A DNA stretch of 64,000 nt from Dehalococcoidia bacterium (GTDB lineage: Bacteria > Chloroflexota > Dehalococcoidia > Bin125). Both the position numbers and the translations under genes were made by a program. Where the stretch lies: the NCBI GenBank assembly GCA_965247775.1, contig OZ252031.1, positions 1,692,855-1,756,854 of the forward strand. The letters are read 5' to 3'. The notes below the pieces were generated by a model. That model was not told the DNA's origin. It made no database searches and saw nothing but the letters and a program-made list of their open reading frames with translations. How positions within the stretch are numbered: the first letter of the stretch is position 1; every line of letters begins with the position of its first letter. Below, piece after piece: positions 27,127-36,525 of the stretch.

Positions 27127-29922
27127 CTACCAGTACTGGCGGCGTTTGCCGCGGCGACGCTTGCCGCCGCCGTGGCCCCACTCCTGGGGGTCGGCGGCGC
27201 GGTCGAGGGCGACGGCGCAGACCTTGTATTCGGGGATGCGGGATTGCGGGTCGTAGGCGTTGTTGGTGAGCCAGTTGGCGGCGGAGTCCTTGAGGCGGAG
27301 GAAGGGCACGAAGACGGAGCCGGGGGCGACGTCCTCGGTGAGGAAGGCGACGCCCTCGAGGCGACCGCGGCGTGAGCGGAGGAGGACGGTTTCGCCGTCG
27401 GCGATCTCGGCGCGGGCGGCGTCGGCGGGGTGGACGGCGACGCGGAGTTCCGGGAAGGAGTCGGCGAGGCCCTGGACGCGACTGGTGAGGGCGCCGCCGT
27501 GCCAGTGGTAGAGGACACGGCCGGTGTTGAGGATGAGGGGATAGGCGTCGTCGGGCTGCTCCTCGGCGGGGGCGGTCTGACGCACGGGGACGAACTTGGC
27601 CTTGCCGCGAGGGAAGTCCCGGGCGTACATGCGCTCGGTGCCGGGATGCGCAGGGTCGGGGCAGGGCCACTGGATGCCGCCTTCGCGGTCGAGGCGATCA
27701 TGGGAGAGGCCGGCCATGATGGGGGTGAGCGCGGCGAGTTCGTCGAAGATCGCGGCGGCGGAGGGGTGGTCGAAGCCGCGCAGTTCGACGTTGCGCCGCC
27801 GCGCGACGCGGGCGGCGAGGTCCTGCACGATCTCCCAGTCGGGCCGGGCCTCGCCGGGAGGGTCGAGGAGCTTGCGGAGGCGCTGGACGCGGCGCTCGCT
27901 GTTGGTGACGGTGCCCTCCTTCTCAGCGAAGGAGGCGGCGGGGAGGACGACGTCGGCGATGTCGGCAGTCTCCTGCATGAAGATGTCCTGCACCACGAGG
28001 AAGTCGAGCGTGGCGAGCATCTCGGTGGCGTGCGCGAGGTTGGGGTCGGTGAGCGCGGGGTTCTCGCCGACGACGTACATGCAGCGGATGCTGCCGTCGC
28101 CCATGGCCTCGACCATGTCGGTGGCGCGCAGCCCCTCCTTGTCTGACAAGCGGAGGGCGGCCACGTCGCCGCCCCAGACGGACTGGAAGCGGGCGAGGTT
28201 GTCGGGGGTGTAGCGCTGGTAGCCGGGGAGGGCGTCGGGAACGCAGCCGGCGTCGCCGGCGCCCTGGACGTTGTTCTGGCCGCGCAGGGGGGAGACGCCG
28301 TTGCCGGCGCGGCCGACCTGGCCGGTGAGCAGGGCGAGGTTGAGGAGGGCAGTGGCGTTGGCGGTGCCGTTGGTGTGCTGGGTGACGCCCATGCCCCAGA
28401 GGAGGCAGGAGCCATCGCGGCCGGGGGGGCCGCCGTGCCCGGCGGGGCGGGCGTAGAGGCGGGCGGCGCGGCAGAGGAGATCGGCCGGGACGCCGGAGAG
28501 TTCCTGCACATGTTCGGGGGTGTAGTGGTCGAGGGCGGCGCGCCAGGCGTCGAAGTCCTCGGTGCGGTCGCGGATGAATGCTTCGTCGTGGAGGTTCTCG
28601 TCGAGGATGAGCTTGGCCATGCCGTTGAGGACGGCGACGTCGGTGCCGGGGTACTGGCGCAGCCAGAGGTCGGTGTGATCGCAGAGTTCGATGCGCTTGG
28701 GATTGAGGATGATCATGCGGACGCCGTGATCGTTGACGGCGCGGCGGATGCGGCTGGCGATGACGGGGTGGTTGGAGGAGGTGTCGGAGCCGACGACCAT
28801 GACGCAGCCGGCGTCCTCGTAGTCGGTGTAGGAGTTGGAGGTGGCGCCGCTGCCGAGCTGGTTGAGCATGGCATCGACGGAGGGGGCGTGGCAGAGGCTA
28901 GTGCAGTGGTCGATGTTGTTGGTGCCCATGAGGGCGCGGACGAGCTTCTGGATCAGGTAGTTGTCCTCGTTGGTGGCTTTGGCGCTGGCGAAGGCGCCGA
29001 AGTGGCCGCGGTGCTGGACGAACTTGTCGGCGACGAGGTCGAGAGCCTCGTCCCAGGTGGCGGGCTGGAGGGCGCCAGCGCGGCGGATGAGGGGCGTCGT
29101 GAGGCGGTCGGGGTGGTTGACGAACGAGACGCCGAAGCGGCCCTTGACGCAGAGGAGGCCGAGGGAGGAGCGGTTGGCGGGGTCGTCATCGACGTGGGTG
29201 ACGCGGCCGGCGTCGTCGGCGGAGAGCTGGATGCCGCAGCCGACGCCGCAGTAGGGGCAGACCGTGGAGACGGTGCGGGCGGGGGCGGGGGGCTGCTTGG
29301 AGCGGATGGCGCCGGTGGGACAGGCGGCGACGCACTGGCCGCACGAGGTGCAGATGGACTCCCCGAGGGGTTCGTCGGCGAAGGGGGCGATGCGGGTGGC
29401 GGCGGCGGCGCCGGCGATGCCGATCGCGCCGATGTGCTGGAGGTCCTGGCAGGCGGAGGTGCAGCGACCGCAGAGGATGCACTCGGTGGCGTCGAAGAGG
29501 TAGAAGGGGTTGCTCTCGTCGCGGTGATCGTTGCGGCGGGGGGTCCAGCGGCGGGGGTCGGCGACGTGGGAGACGGCAGCGCGGCCGAGTTCGGAGCCGG
29601 GCTGGGGATCGGATTCGGGGTCGCGCATGGCGAGGGTGAGTTCGAGGACACCGCGGCGGACATCGCGCGCTTGCTCGGATTGGGTGTGCACGACCATGCC
29701 ATCATTCGCGGGAAGGGAGCAGGAGGCGGGGAGGCCGCGGACACCGTCGATCTCGACGAGGCAGGTGCGGCAGGCGCCGAGGGCGGGGCCGTCCGGGTCC
29801 TTGCAGAGGTGGGGGAAGCCGCCGTCGCGGGCGAGGACAGCGTCGAGGACGGTGGCGCCGGGGGGGACCTGAATGGGTTCGCCATCGACGGTGAGGGAGA
29901 GGGGAGCGCTCGTGGGAGTCAT
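27127..29922 (-). CDS. fdsA: NAD-dependent formate dehydrogenase catalytic (alpha) subunit, molybdopterin/Fe-S, Cys-type
   Basis: N-terminal 2Fe-2S and 4Fe-4S Cys clusters. Active-site region NNIDHCTSLCHAPSV has Cys, not Sec. 931 aa. ATGA overlap with the upstream gene. Confidence 0.9.
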   Translation of the reverse strand: MTPTSAPLSLTVDGEPIQVPPGATVLDAVLARDGGFPHLCKDPDGPALGACRTCLVEIDGVRGLPASCSLPANDGMVVHTQSEQARDVRRGVLELTLAMRDPESDPQPGSELGRAAVSHVADPRRWTPRRNDHRDESNPFYLFDATECILCGRCTSACQDLQHIGAIGIAGAAAATRIAPFADEPLGESICTSCGQCVAACPTGAIRSKQPPAPARTVSTVCPYCGVGCGIQLSADDAGRVTHVDDDPANRSSLGLLCVKGRFGVSFVNHPDRLTTPLIRRAGALQPATWDEALDLVADKFVQHRGHFGAFASAKATNEDNYLIQKLVRALMGTNNIDHCTSLCHAPSVDAMLNQLGSGATSNSYTDYEDAGCVMVVGSDTSSNHPVIASRIRRAVNDHGVRMIILNPKRIELCDHTDLWLRQYPGTDVAVLNGMAKLILDENLHDEAFIRDRTEDFDAWRAALDHYTPEHVQELSGVPADLLCRAARLYARPAGHGGPPGRDGSCLLWGMGVTQHTNGTANATALLNLALLTGQVGRAGNGVSPLRGQNNVQGAGDAGCVPDALPGYQRYTPDNLARFQSVWGGDVAALRLSDKEGLRATDMVEAMGDGSIRCMYVVGENPALTDPNLAHATEMLATLDFLVVQDIFMQETADIADVVLPAASFAEKEGTVTNSERRVQRLRKLLDPPGEARPDWEIVQDLAARVARRRNVELRGFDHPSAAAIFDELAALTPIMAGLSHDRLDREGGIQWPCPDPAHPGTERMYARDFPRGKAKFVPVRQTAPAEEQPDDAYPLILNTGRVLYHWHGGALTSRVQGLADSFPELRVAVHPADAARAEIADGETVLLRSRRGRLEGVAFLTEDVAPGSVFVPFLRLKDSAANWLTNNAYDPQSRIPEYKVCAVALDRAADPQEWGHGGGKRRRGKRRQYW

Positions 29923-31925
29923 GCGGGGACCTCCGGCGTGAGGGCGGAGTCGAAGTGGGCGAGGGCGCTGGTGACGGGCGCGACGGCCATTTGGCCCAAG
30001 CCGCAGAGCGAGGCGGAGCGGAGGAGGGGGATGAGGGCGTCGATGTCGGCGCGGGCGGCCTCACGATCGGCCTGGCCGGCGCTGCGGAGGCGGCGGACGG
30101 CGGCGGCGAGACGCTCGCCGCCCTCGCGGCAGGGGGTGCACTTGCCGCAGGACTCGCGGGCGTTGTAGTCGGCCTCGATCTGGAGGATCTCGCCGACGGG
30201 GGTCGCGGCGTCGAAGGCGACGATGCCGCCGGAGCCGAGAACGGCGCCGGCCTCGTCGAGGGCGCCGGGGCCGATGGGGAGGTCGAGCTTCGTGGCGGGG
30301 AGGAGCCCGCCGGAGGGGCCGCCGGCGACGACGCCGCCGAGGGCGGCCGGATCGGCAACGCCGCCGATGTGGAGGATGGCGGCGACGGTGGCGCCCATCG
30401 GGACCTCGATCAAACCGGGGCGGGGGACCGCGCCGCTGAGGCTGATCAACTTGGTGCCGGGGGCATCGTCGGTGCCGGCGTCGCGGAACCAGTCGACGCC
30501 GAAGCGGAAGAGGTCGGGCAGGTTGCAGAGGGTTTCGACGTTGCTGATCACGGTGGGGCGGCCCCAGAGGCCGCGCTCGGTGGGGAAGGGAGGGCGCAGG
30601 CGAGGGACGGCGCGGCGGCCCTCGATGCTTTCGAGGAGGACGGTTTCCTCGCCGCAGACGTAGCCGCCGGCGCCGCGACGGATCTCGACGCGGAGGCCCG
30701 CGGTGTCACTTCCCTTATGTGCGCGGGCGTTCTGCGCGCCGGGGGCGCCGGCGCGCAGAACGCCCGCTTCCTCCGCCTGGGCGAGGGCGGTGGTGAGGCG
30801 CTGATGGGAGAGCGCCGCTTGCCCGTTGACGTAGATGAAGGCGAGGTCCGCGCCGACGGCGTGGGCGGCGATGCAGACGCCCTCGATCAGGCGATGGGGG
30901 TCGGCCTCCATGAGGGCGCGGTCCTTGAAGACGCCGGGCTCCCCCTCCTCGGCGTTGACGACGAGGCTCGGGGTGCCGTTGCGGGTGGCAGCGGCGCTGG
31001 CGGCGCGCCACTTGAGGTGGACGGGGAAGTAGGCGCCGCCACGGCCGCGCAGGCCGGAGGCTTCTACCGCGTCGACGATCTCCTCGGGGGTGATGGAGAG
31101 CGCTGTCTTGAGGCCGACGTAGGCGCCGGCGGCGCGGGCCTCGTCGAGGGAGGCGGGGTCGATGTGGCCGGCCCGGGCGAGGAGGCGGCGGGTCTGGGGC
31201 GCGAGAAAGTCGTGCAGGGCGGGGTCCTCGGGGGCGCCGGCGAGGAGGGCGCGCGCGACGCCGGCGGCGGCGGCGGCCGTGACGGGGACGGCGGCGGGAC
31301 GGGTGGGGCCGTCCGGGGGGAGGGCGAGGACGGGGGCGGCCCAGGCAGCGCCATCGCCGCCGGTCTCGACGACGTCGATCTCGGGCAAGGCGTCGCGCAG
31401 GGCGTCGAGGACGTGGCCCGCGCCGACGGCGCGGGCCATGGCACCGCCGCGGAGGTTGAGCCGGGGGCGGGGGCCGGGGGGCGACGGCACGAGGGCGGGG
31501 GCCGGGTCGGCGGCGAAGCCCGCGGCGGCGCGGCCCCGCTCTGGTGTATCGGCTCTGCCGAAGAGCGGGCCGTCGTCCTCGACGACGGGAGCGACGGCGC
31601 AGGCGAAGCAACACTCGCGTTCCTCCACGCGGCGGCCGGCGTCGCGGAGGGAGGCGGCCAGGGCGTCGCTGCCAGCCAAGCGGCAGCTCAGACCGCGGCA
31701 GACAGCGATCGCGCCGGGCTCGGGGGGGAGGGTGCGGAACTCGGTGTAGGAGGTCGCGACGGCGTAGAGGTCGGAGTTGGGGATGTGGAGCCAGTGCCCG
31801 ATCTGCTCCAGGCCGGCGGGGTCAAGGTAGCCCGCGATCTCGTGGAGCAGGTGGAGGGCGGGGAGCGCTTGGGCGCGCTCCCGGGGGAGAGAAACCAGCC
31901 GATCGTCGAGGCCGTCGACCGTCAT
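29919..31925 (-). CDS. formate dehydrogenase beta/gamma fusion (NuoE-like 2Fe-2S plus NuoF-like FMN/NAD-binding 4Fe-4S subunit)
   Basis: NuoF motifs GRGGAYFP ... GGYVCGEETVLLESIEG ... ESCGKCTPCR. Start ATG 31925 or TTG 31982. Confidence 0.75.
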   Translation of the reverse strand: MTVDGLDDRLVSLPRERAQALPALHLLHEIAGYLDPAGLEQIGHWLHIPNSDLYAVATSYTEFRTLPPEPGAIAVCRGLSCRLAGSDALAASLRDAGRRVEERECCFACAVAPVVEDDGPLFGRADTPERGRAAAGFAADPAPALVPSPPGPRPRLNLRGGAMARAVGAGHVLDALRDALPEIDVVETGGDGAAWAAPVLALPPDGPTRPAAVPVTAAAAAGVARALLAGAPEDPALHDFLAPQTRRLLARAGHIDPASLDEARAAGAYVGLKTALSITPEEIVDAVEASGLRGRGGAYFPVHLKWRAASAAATRNGTPSLVVNAEEGEPGVFKDRALMEADPHRLIEGVCIAAHAVGADLAFIYVNGQAALSHQRLTTALAQAEEAGVLRAGAPGAQNARAHKGSDTAGLRVEIRRGAGGYVCGEETVLLESIEGRRAVPRLRPPFPTERGLWGRPTVISNVETLCNLPDLFRFGVDWFRDAGTDDAPGTKLISLSGAVPRPGLIEVPMGATVAAILHIGGVADPAALGGVVAGGPSGGLLPATKLDLPIGPGALDEAGAVLGSGGIVAFDAATPVGEILQIEADYNARESCGKCTPCREGGERLAAAVRRLRSAGQADREAARADIDALIPLLRSASLCGLGQMAVAPVTSALAHFDSALTPEVPA

Positions 31926-32003
31926 TGGACGGATTATCGCACGGCGGCGGCGTGGCCGGCGCCTGGGCGGGCAGCGGGTCAACCAGCGTCCACGAAGGCG
32001 TGG

Positions 32004-32789
32004 CTACCAGGGGATCGGCAGGAAGCGCTTCCAGCCGCGGGGTTTGATCTCCTTGATGCGCCAGGGCGCCTTCTGGGTGGAGAAGGTGGGAGCGATGTCG
32101 GCGCCGTCGGCGGCGACGAGTTCGGCCAGGGCCTTATCGATGCGGTCGGCGTCGGCCCAGGTGGCCTTGTAGTGGACGCGGCCGTCCTTGCCGACGACGT
32201 AGACCATGTTGGGGAGGTCGCCGAGCTGGTGGTGGACCTCCTGATCGATACCGTCAACGAGGACGCCGACGGACATGGACTTCTGCCGCACCAGTTCCTG
32301 GGCGTACTGCATTTTCTGCTCGTACGTCTTGTGCTCGTGGTAGGCGGTGAAGATCGTTTCGTCGGGGTGGGGTTCCCGCACGTAGAGGTTGAGGACGGCG
32401 ACGTCGTGGCCGGCGTACTTGTCCTTGAGCTGCTCGAAGAGCGGCACCTGCCGCCGGTAGGGCGGTCACGTCATGGCGCCGGTCATCAGCACGAAATGCT
32501 TCTGGCCCTTGAAGGTGGCGGTGTTGACGCGCTCGCCGGTCGTGGTTTCGAGGTCGATGGCGGGGAATTCCTCGCCGGGAGGGAAGGTGGTCTTGGATTT
32601 CTGGTAGAGCTTCTGGATGTAGCCCTCGCCGCCGAGGCCGAGGTGGCCGAGCATGATCTTGAAGACGCGGACGCGGTCGATGTAGTACATGCTCCAGAAG
32701 CCCATCCAGGGCCCGGGGGGCTTGTCGATGGCTTCGTTGTGGTCCTGTAGGTAGGAGCGCGCGGCCGGCTCCCCTTCGGTGGTGGTCAT
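32004..32789 (-). CDS. selenoprotein candidate: iodothyronine-deiodinase-like thioredoxin-fold protein, in-frame TGA (Sec108)
   Basis: Track ORFs 32466..32789 and 32004..32447 are in the same frame and separated only by TGA at 32466-32468. Context KHFVLMTGAMT-U-PPYRRQVPLFEQL ... LYVREPHPDE aligns with the deiodinase FGSATUPPF ... YIDEAHPSDGW. ATG 32789 follows agggggac. Stem-loop right after the TGA. Confidence 0.7.
32440..32455 (-). promoter_or_regulatory. candidate bacterial SECIS hairpin (ggcggc-AGGU-gccgcu) about 13 nt downstream of UGA
   Basis: 6-bp stem including one G-U pair; loop carries GGU. Confidence 0.45.
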
Positions 32790-32806
32790 CGTGCGTCCCC
32801 CTGTTC

Positions 32807-32853
32807 CTGCGAGGCGGTCCGGGCCGGCCGCGGCCGCGCGGACCGCCTCGCAG
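32807..32853 (-). promoter_or_regulatory. 15-bp perfect inverted repeat (ctgcgaggcggtccg ... cggaccgcctcgcag) with a palindromic 17-nt spacer, ending 4 nt before the RBS of the deiodinase-like gene
   Basis: Seen in the sequence. Lies in the 5' leader between the tRNA operon and the selenoprotein gene. Confidence 0.5.
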
Positions 32854-32919
32854 CGCGTCGGGAGCGATTGTAGCGGCCGGGCGGCCGCGCGGCGTCACCG
32901 CTGGCGACATCTGGCGGGG

Positions 32920-32939
32920 AGCGAAACGGCCCCTCCGGA
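32920..32939 (-). terminator. stem-loop ggcccct-ttccgg-aggggcc followed by GUUUCG, 9 nt after the tRNA-Glu 3' end
   Basis: Perfect 7-bp stem plus a short U-run on the minus strand. Confidence 0.5.
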
Positions 32940-32948
32940 AAGGGGCCG

Positions 32949-33025
32949 TGGTGGCTTGGTAGCGCATGGGGGATTCGAACCCCCGATCTCCGCCTTGAGA
33001 GGGCGGTGTCCTGGGCCGCTAGACG
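32949..33025 (-). tRNA. tRNA-Glu (anticodon CTC), CCA encoded
   Basis: Cloverleaf read by eye, with the TTCGAATCC T-loop and a ctCTCaa anticodon loop. Confidence 0.8.
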
Positions 33026-33031
33026 AATGCG

Positions 33032-33105
33032 CCGGATGGTGGCTGGGGATGGAGGATTCGAACCCCCGCTAACTGATCCAGAGTCAGTCGTCCTACCACT
33101 AGACC
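33032..33105 (-). tRNA. tRNA-Gln (anticodon CTG), CCA encoded
   Basis: Acceptor tggggat/atcccca with G73 and CCA. Anticodon stem actga/tcagt with loop ctCTGga. Confidence 0.8.
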
Positions 33106-33165
33106 AATCCCCAGCGACGGGAGCCAGTTTACCGGGGGTGGGGGAGGGCTCGCAATCGGGGGCCG

Positions 33166-34647
33166 TCAATCGTCGTGGGGGGCGAGGCGCCCCGCGGCGA
33201 GGTTGAGGCGCTCCAGCACGAGCGCGCAGTCCAGGGCGGCGAGGGTGTCGAAGAGGGGCGGGGCGACGCGCTTGCCGGTGACGGCGACGCGAACCGGGGT
33301 GAAAAGCGCGCCGGGTTTCAGTTCCAGGCGTTCGGCCAAGCCGCGCAGAGCAGTCTCGATGGCATCGACGGACCAGGGCTCAAGGCCAGCGAGGGCGGCG
33401 CGCACGGCTTCAACGGCGGCGAGGGCGCCGGAGGGGTTGTCGCGGAAGCCCTTGCCCATGAGATCGGCGTTGGTGTAGTCGAGGGGGCCCGCCTGGTAGA
33501 CGAAGTCCGTGTACTCGGCCACCTCGCTGAGGAGCTTGACGCGCTCCTGGATGGCGGGGGCGAGAGGGAGGAGGGGGGCGGTATCGAGGGGACGGGGGAT
33601 GTCCGCGGGGAAGGCGGCGTCGAGGAAGGGGAGGGCGCGGTCGAGGAAGTCTTGGGGGGCGAGGTCGCGGATGTACTCGGCGTTCATGGCTTCGAGGCGC
33701 TGCCCGTCGAAGGTGGCGGGGGTTGTGCCCATGCGGTCGATGTCGAAGGCCTCGACGATCTCGGCCCGGGACATCTTGGTGGTGCGGTCGTCCTTGGACC
33801 AGCCGAGCAGGGCGAGGAAGTTGATCAGCGCCTCGGGCAGGTAGCCCTGCTCGGCATAGTCGAGCAGGGCGGTGGCGCCGTGGCGCTTGCTGAGCTTGCC
33901 CTTGTCGGGGCCGAGGATGACGGGCTGGTGGACGAAGATGGGCGGCTCCAGGCCGAGGGCCTCGTAGAGGAGGAGGTGGCGGGGGGCGCTGGGCAGCCAC
34001 TCCTCGCCGCGGATGACGTGGCTGATCTGCATGGCGGCGTCGTCGACGACGGAGGCGAGGTGGTAGGTGGGGAAGCCGTCGGCCTTGAGGAGGACGTGGT
34101 CGTCAAGGAGACGGTTTTCGAAGCGGACTTTGCCGTGGATGGCGTCGGCGACGACGGTGGCGCCCTCGCCGGGCACCTTGAAGCGAACGACGCAACGGCC
34201 CTCTTGCTCGGCGATGGCGGCGTCGATGGCGGGGGCGTCCAGGTTGCGGCAATGGGCGTCGTAGCCGGGCGGTTGCTTGCGCTCTTGCTGCGCCTTGCGG
34301 ATCCGGGCCAGGCGTTCCGAGGAGCAGGCGCAGCGGTAGGCCTGGCCGGAGGCGAGCAGCTTCTCGATGGCCGCGCGGTAGAAGGGCAGGCGCTCGGATT
34401 GGCGGTAGGGGGCGTGGGGGCCACCGACGCTGGGGCCCTCGTCCCAATCGAGGCCGAGCCAGCGCAGGGCCTGCAGGATGCGCTCTTCCGCGCCCTCCAC
34501 GGCACGCTTTTGATCGGTGTCCTCGATCCGCACAATGAAGGCGCCGCCGTGATGCCGGGCCAAGAGCCAGTCGAAGAGCGCGGTGCGGATGTTGCCGACG
34601 TGCGGGTCGCCGGTGGGGCTGGGGCCGTAGCGGACGCGGACGGTCAT
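33166..34647 (-). CDS. gltX: glutamyl-tRNA synthetase
   Basis: HIGH-type motif PSPTGDPHVGN; KMSKS-type KLSKR. 493 aa. Confidence 0.9.
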   Translation of the reverse strand: MTVRVRYGPSPTGDPHVGNIRTALFDWLLARHHGGAFIVRIEDTDQKRAVEGAEERILQALRWLGLDWDEGPSVGGPHAPYRQSERLPFYRAAIEKLLASGQAYRCACSSERLARIRKAQQERKQPPGYDAHCRNLDAPAIDAAIAEQEGRCVVRFKVPGEGATVVADAIHGKVRFENRLLDDHVLLKADGFPTYHLASVVDDAAMQISHVIRGEEWLPSAPRHLLLYEALGLEPPIFVHQPVILGPDKGKLSKRHGATALLDYAEQGYLPEALINFLALLGWSKDDRTTKMSRAEIVEAFDIDRMGTTPATFDGQRLEAMNAEYIRDLAPQDFLDRALPFLDAAFPADIPRPLDTAPLLPLAPAIQERVKLLSEVAEYTDFVYQAGPLDYTNADLMGKGFRDNPSGALAAVEAVRAALAGLEPWSVDAIETALRGLAERLELKPGALFTPVRVAVTGKRVAPPLFDTLAALDCALVLERLNLAAGRLAPHDD

Positions 34648-34737
34648 GGGCGGCAGGCTCCGGGAACGGCGTACGCGCGTGGCACCGCGTCAGCGGGCGC
34701 GCTTGGCACTGCGTCAGCGGACGCGCTGGGCGCCGCG

Positions 34738-35760
34738 TCAGCGGACGCGCTTGGCGCGATGGCGGGACTGTTTCCAACGGCGGGATTCGCGCGCCGGTGC
34801 CACCGTAGCGCCGATGTCGGCGCCGTGCACGGGGGCGGCTTGGCGCAGGGCGGCGAAGAGGGCCTGGATGTCGTCGGGGGGTTCGACCTCAATGCGGAGG
34901 CGGCGGCCGCCGCTGGGGTGGTCGAAGGCGAGGAGGCGGGCATGGAGAGCCTGACGGTCGATGAGGTGGGAGCGCTGGCCGTAGCCGGGATCGCCGATGA
35001 TGGGGTGGCCGAGGGCGGCGAGGTGGACGCGGATCTGATGGGTGCGACCGGTGATGAGGTGGCAGTCGAGGAGGGAGGTGTCGGTGAAACGCTCACGCAC
35101 CGTGTAGTCGGTGGTGGAGGGCTTGCCGCCCTCGACGACGGCCATGCGGCGGGGGTCGGAGCGGTCGCGGGCGATGGGGGCCTCGATGCGGCCCTGGAGT
35201 GGGTCGGGCGTGCCGGCGACGACGGCGACGTAGCGCTTCTCGACGGTGCGGGCGCGGATTTGGTCCTGGAGGTTCTGCAGCGCCGCGGGGTTCTTGGCCA
35301 CCATCATGACGCCACTGGTGTCCTTATCGAGGCGGTGGACGAGGCCGGGGCGGAGGGCGTCGCCGATGGCCTGGAGGTCGGGGCAGTGGGCGAGCAGGGC
35401 GTTGACGAGGGTGGCCTCGCGCTCGCCGGGGGCGGGGTGGACGGTGAGGCCGGCGGGCTTGTTGAGCACGATGACGTCGGCGTCCTCGTAGCGGACGTCG
35501 AGGGGGATGTCGGCGGGCTCCGCAACCATCGCGGCGGGGCCGGGCGGGTGGAGGACGACCATCTCGCCGAAGCGCAGGCGGTAGGCGGGACGCTCGAGGC
35601 TGCCGTCGATGCGGACGAGGCCGTCGTCGATGAGGCGGCGGGCGGCGGAGCGGGAGAGGCCGGGGAGACGGCGGCCGAGGAAGACGTCGAGGCGCTCGCC
35701 GTCGCTGTCGGCGAGGAACTCCGCGGGGGGTGTGGCGGGGCCGGGGGGATCGAAGATCAC
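34738..35760 (-). CDS. rluD: RluA/RluD-family 23S rRNA pseudouridine synthase
   Basis: S4-like N-terminus and the catalytic HRLDKDTSG motif. GTG start lies 1 nt after the lspA stop. Confidence 0.8.
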   Translation of the reverse strand: MIFDPPGPATPPAEFLADSDGERLDVFLGRRLPGLSRSAARRLIDDGLVRIDGSLERPAYRLRFGEMVVLHPPGPAAMVAEPADIPLDVRYEDADVIVLNKPAGLTVHPAPGEREATLVNALLAHCPDLQAIGDALRPGLVHRLDKDTSGVMMVAKNPAALQNLQDQIRARTVEKRYVAVVAGTPDPLQGRIEAPIARDRSDPRRMAVVEGGKPSTTDYTVRERFTDTSLLDCHLITGRTHQIRVHLAALGHPIIGDPGYGQRSHLIDRQALHARLLAFDHPSGGRRLRIEVEPPDDIQALFAALRQAAPVHGADIGATVAPARESRRWKQSRHRAKRVR

Positions 35761-35761
35761 G

Positions 35762-36364
35762 TCAACGGTGACCGGCGGAGCGGGTGGCGTCGCGGGCGAC
35801 GAGGACGAGGAGGATCAGGACAACGCCGATATTGATGCCGGCGTCGGCGGCGTTGAAGGCGGGGAACTCGTTGAAGTTGACGAAATCGGTGACGCTGCCC
35901 TGGTAGACGCGGTCGAGGAGGTTGCCCACAGCGCCGCCCAGGATGAGGGCCAGGCCGACACGGGTGAGCCAGTGATCGACGAGGGGGAACAGGTAGTAGA
36001 AGCCGAGCACGGCGATGGCGACGACTGCGGAGACGGCGAGGAAACCGTTGGCGTCGCCGAAGAGGCCGAAGGCGCCGCCTTGATTCTCGATGTGGGAGAA
36101 ACGGAAGAAGGAGGCGAGACGCCAGTGCTCCCCCTCCGCGAGGGACTCGCGCAGGATGACCTTGGTGACTTGGTCGAAGCTGACCCAGAGGGCGACGATG
36201 CCGAGGAAGAGGGCGTCCTGGCGGCCGCGCCCGCGACGGCGCTGGAGCAGGCGCCCCCGAAGGCCTGCGGCGGGCGCCGGTGGCGCCGCAGCCGGGGGGG
36301 TGGGGAGGCCCGGCGCCGGGTGCGCGGAATCCGGCATTTCGCGGGCCTCGGGCGAAAGAGTCAT
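35762..36364 (-). CDS. lspA: lipoprotein signal peptidase II
   Basis: FVNFNEFPAFNAADAGI resembles the LspA signature. 4 TM helices. Start taken as the internal ATG; the upstream part of the track ORF is Pro/Ala shadow. Confidence 0.7.
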   Translation of the reverse strand: MTLSPEAREMPDSAHPAPGLPTPPAAAPPAPAAGLRGRLLQRRRGRGRQDALFLGIVALWVSFDQVTKVILRESLAEGEHWRLASFFRFSHIENQGGAFGLFGDANGFLAVSAVVAIAVLGFYYLFPLVDHWLTRVGLALILGGAVGNLLDRVYQGSVTDFVNFNEFPAFNAADAGINIGVVLILLVLVARDATRSAGHR

Positions 36365-36525
36365 GGGCCTGAGCGTAACACCGGCGGCGACGCGCCTCGG
36401 GGCCCGGGCGCGGGCACGGAGGTCGCCTGGACGGCAGGACCAGGGCGGCTTGCTGGGCCCCGGGGGCGGCCATACGATTGGGGCGGCCCCGTCGCGGGCC
36501 ATCTCGCAGCCGGAGGAGCGCGCCT

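Noticed and set aside
28900-29000. Possible selenocysteine in the formate dehydrogenase alpha subunit
   Set aside because: The active-site block reads IDHCTSLCHAPSV with a TGC Cys codon and no in-frame TGA, so this is a Cys-type FDH.
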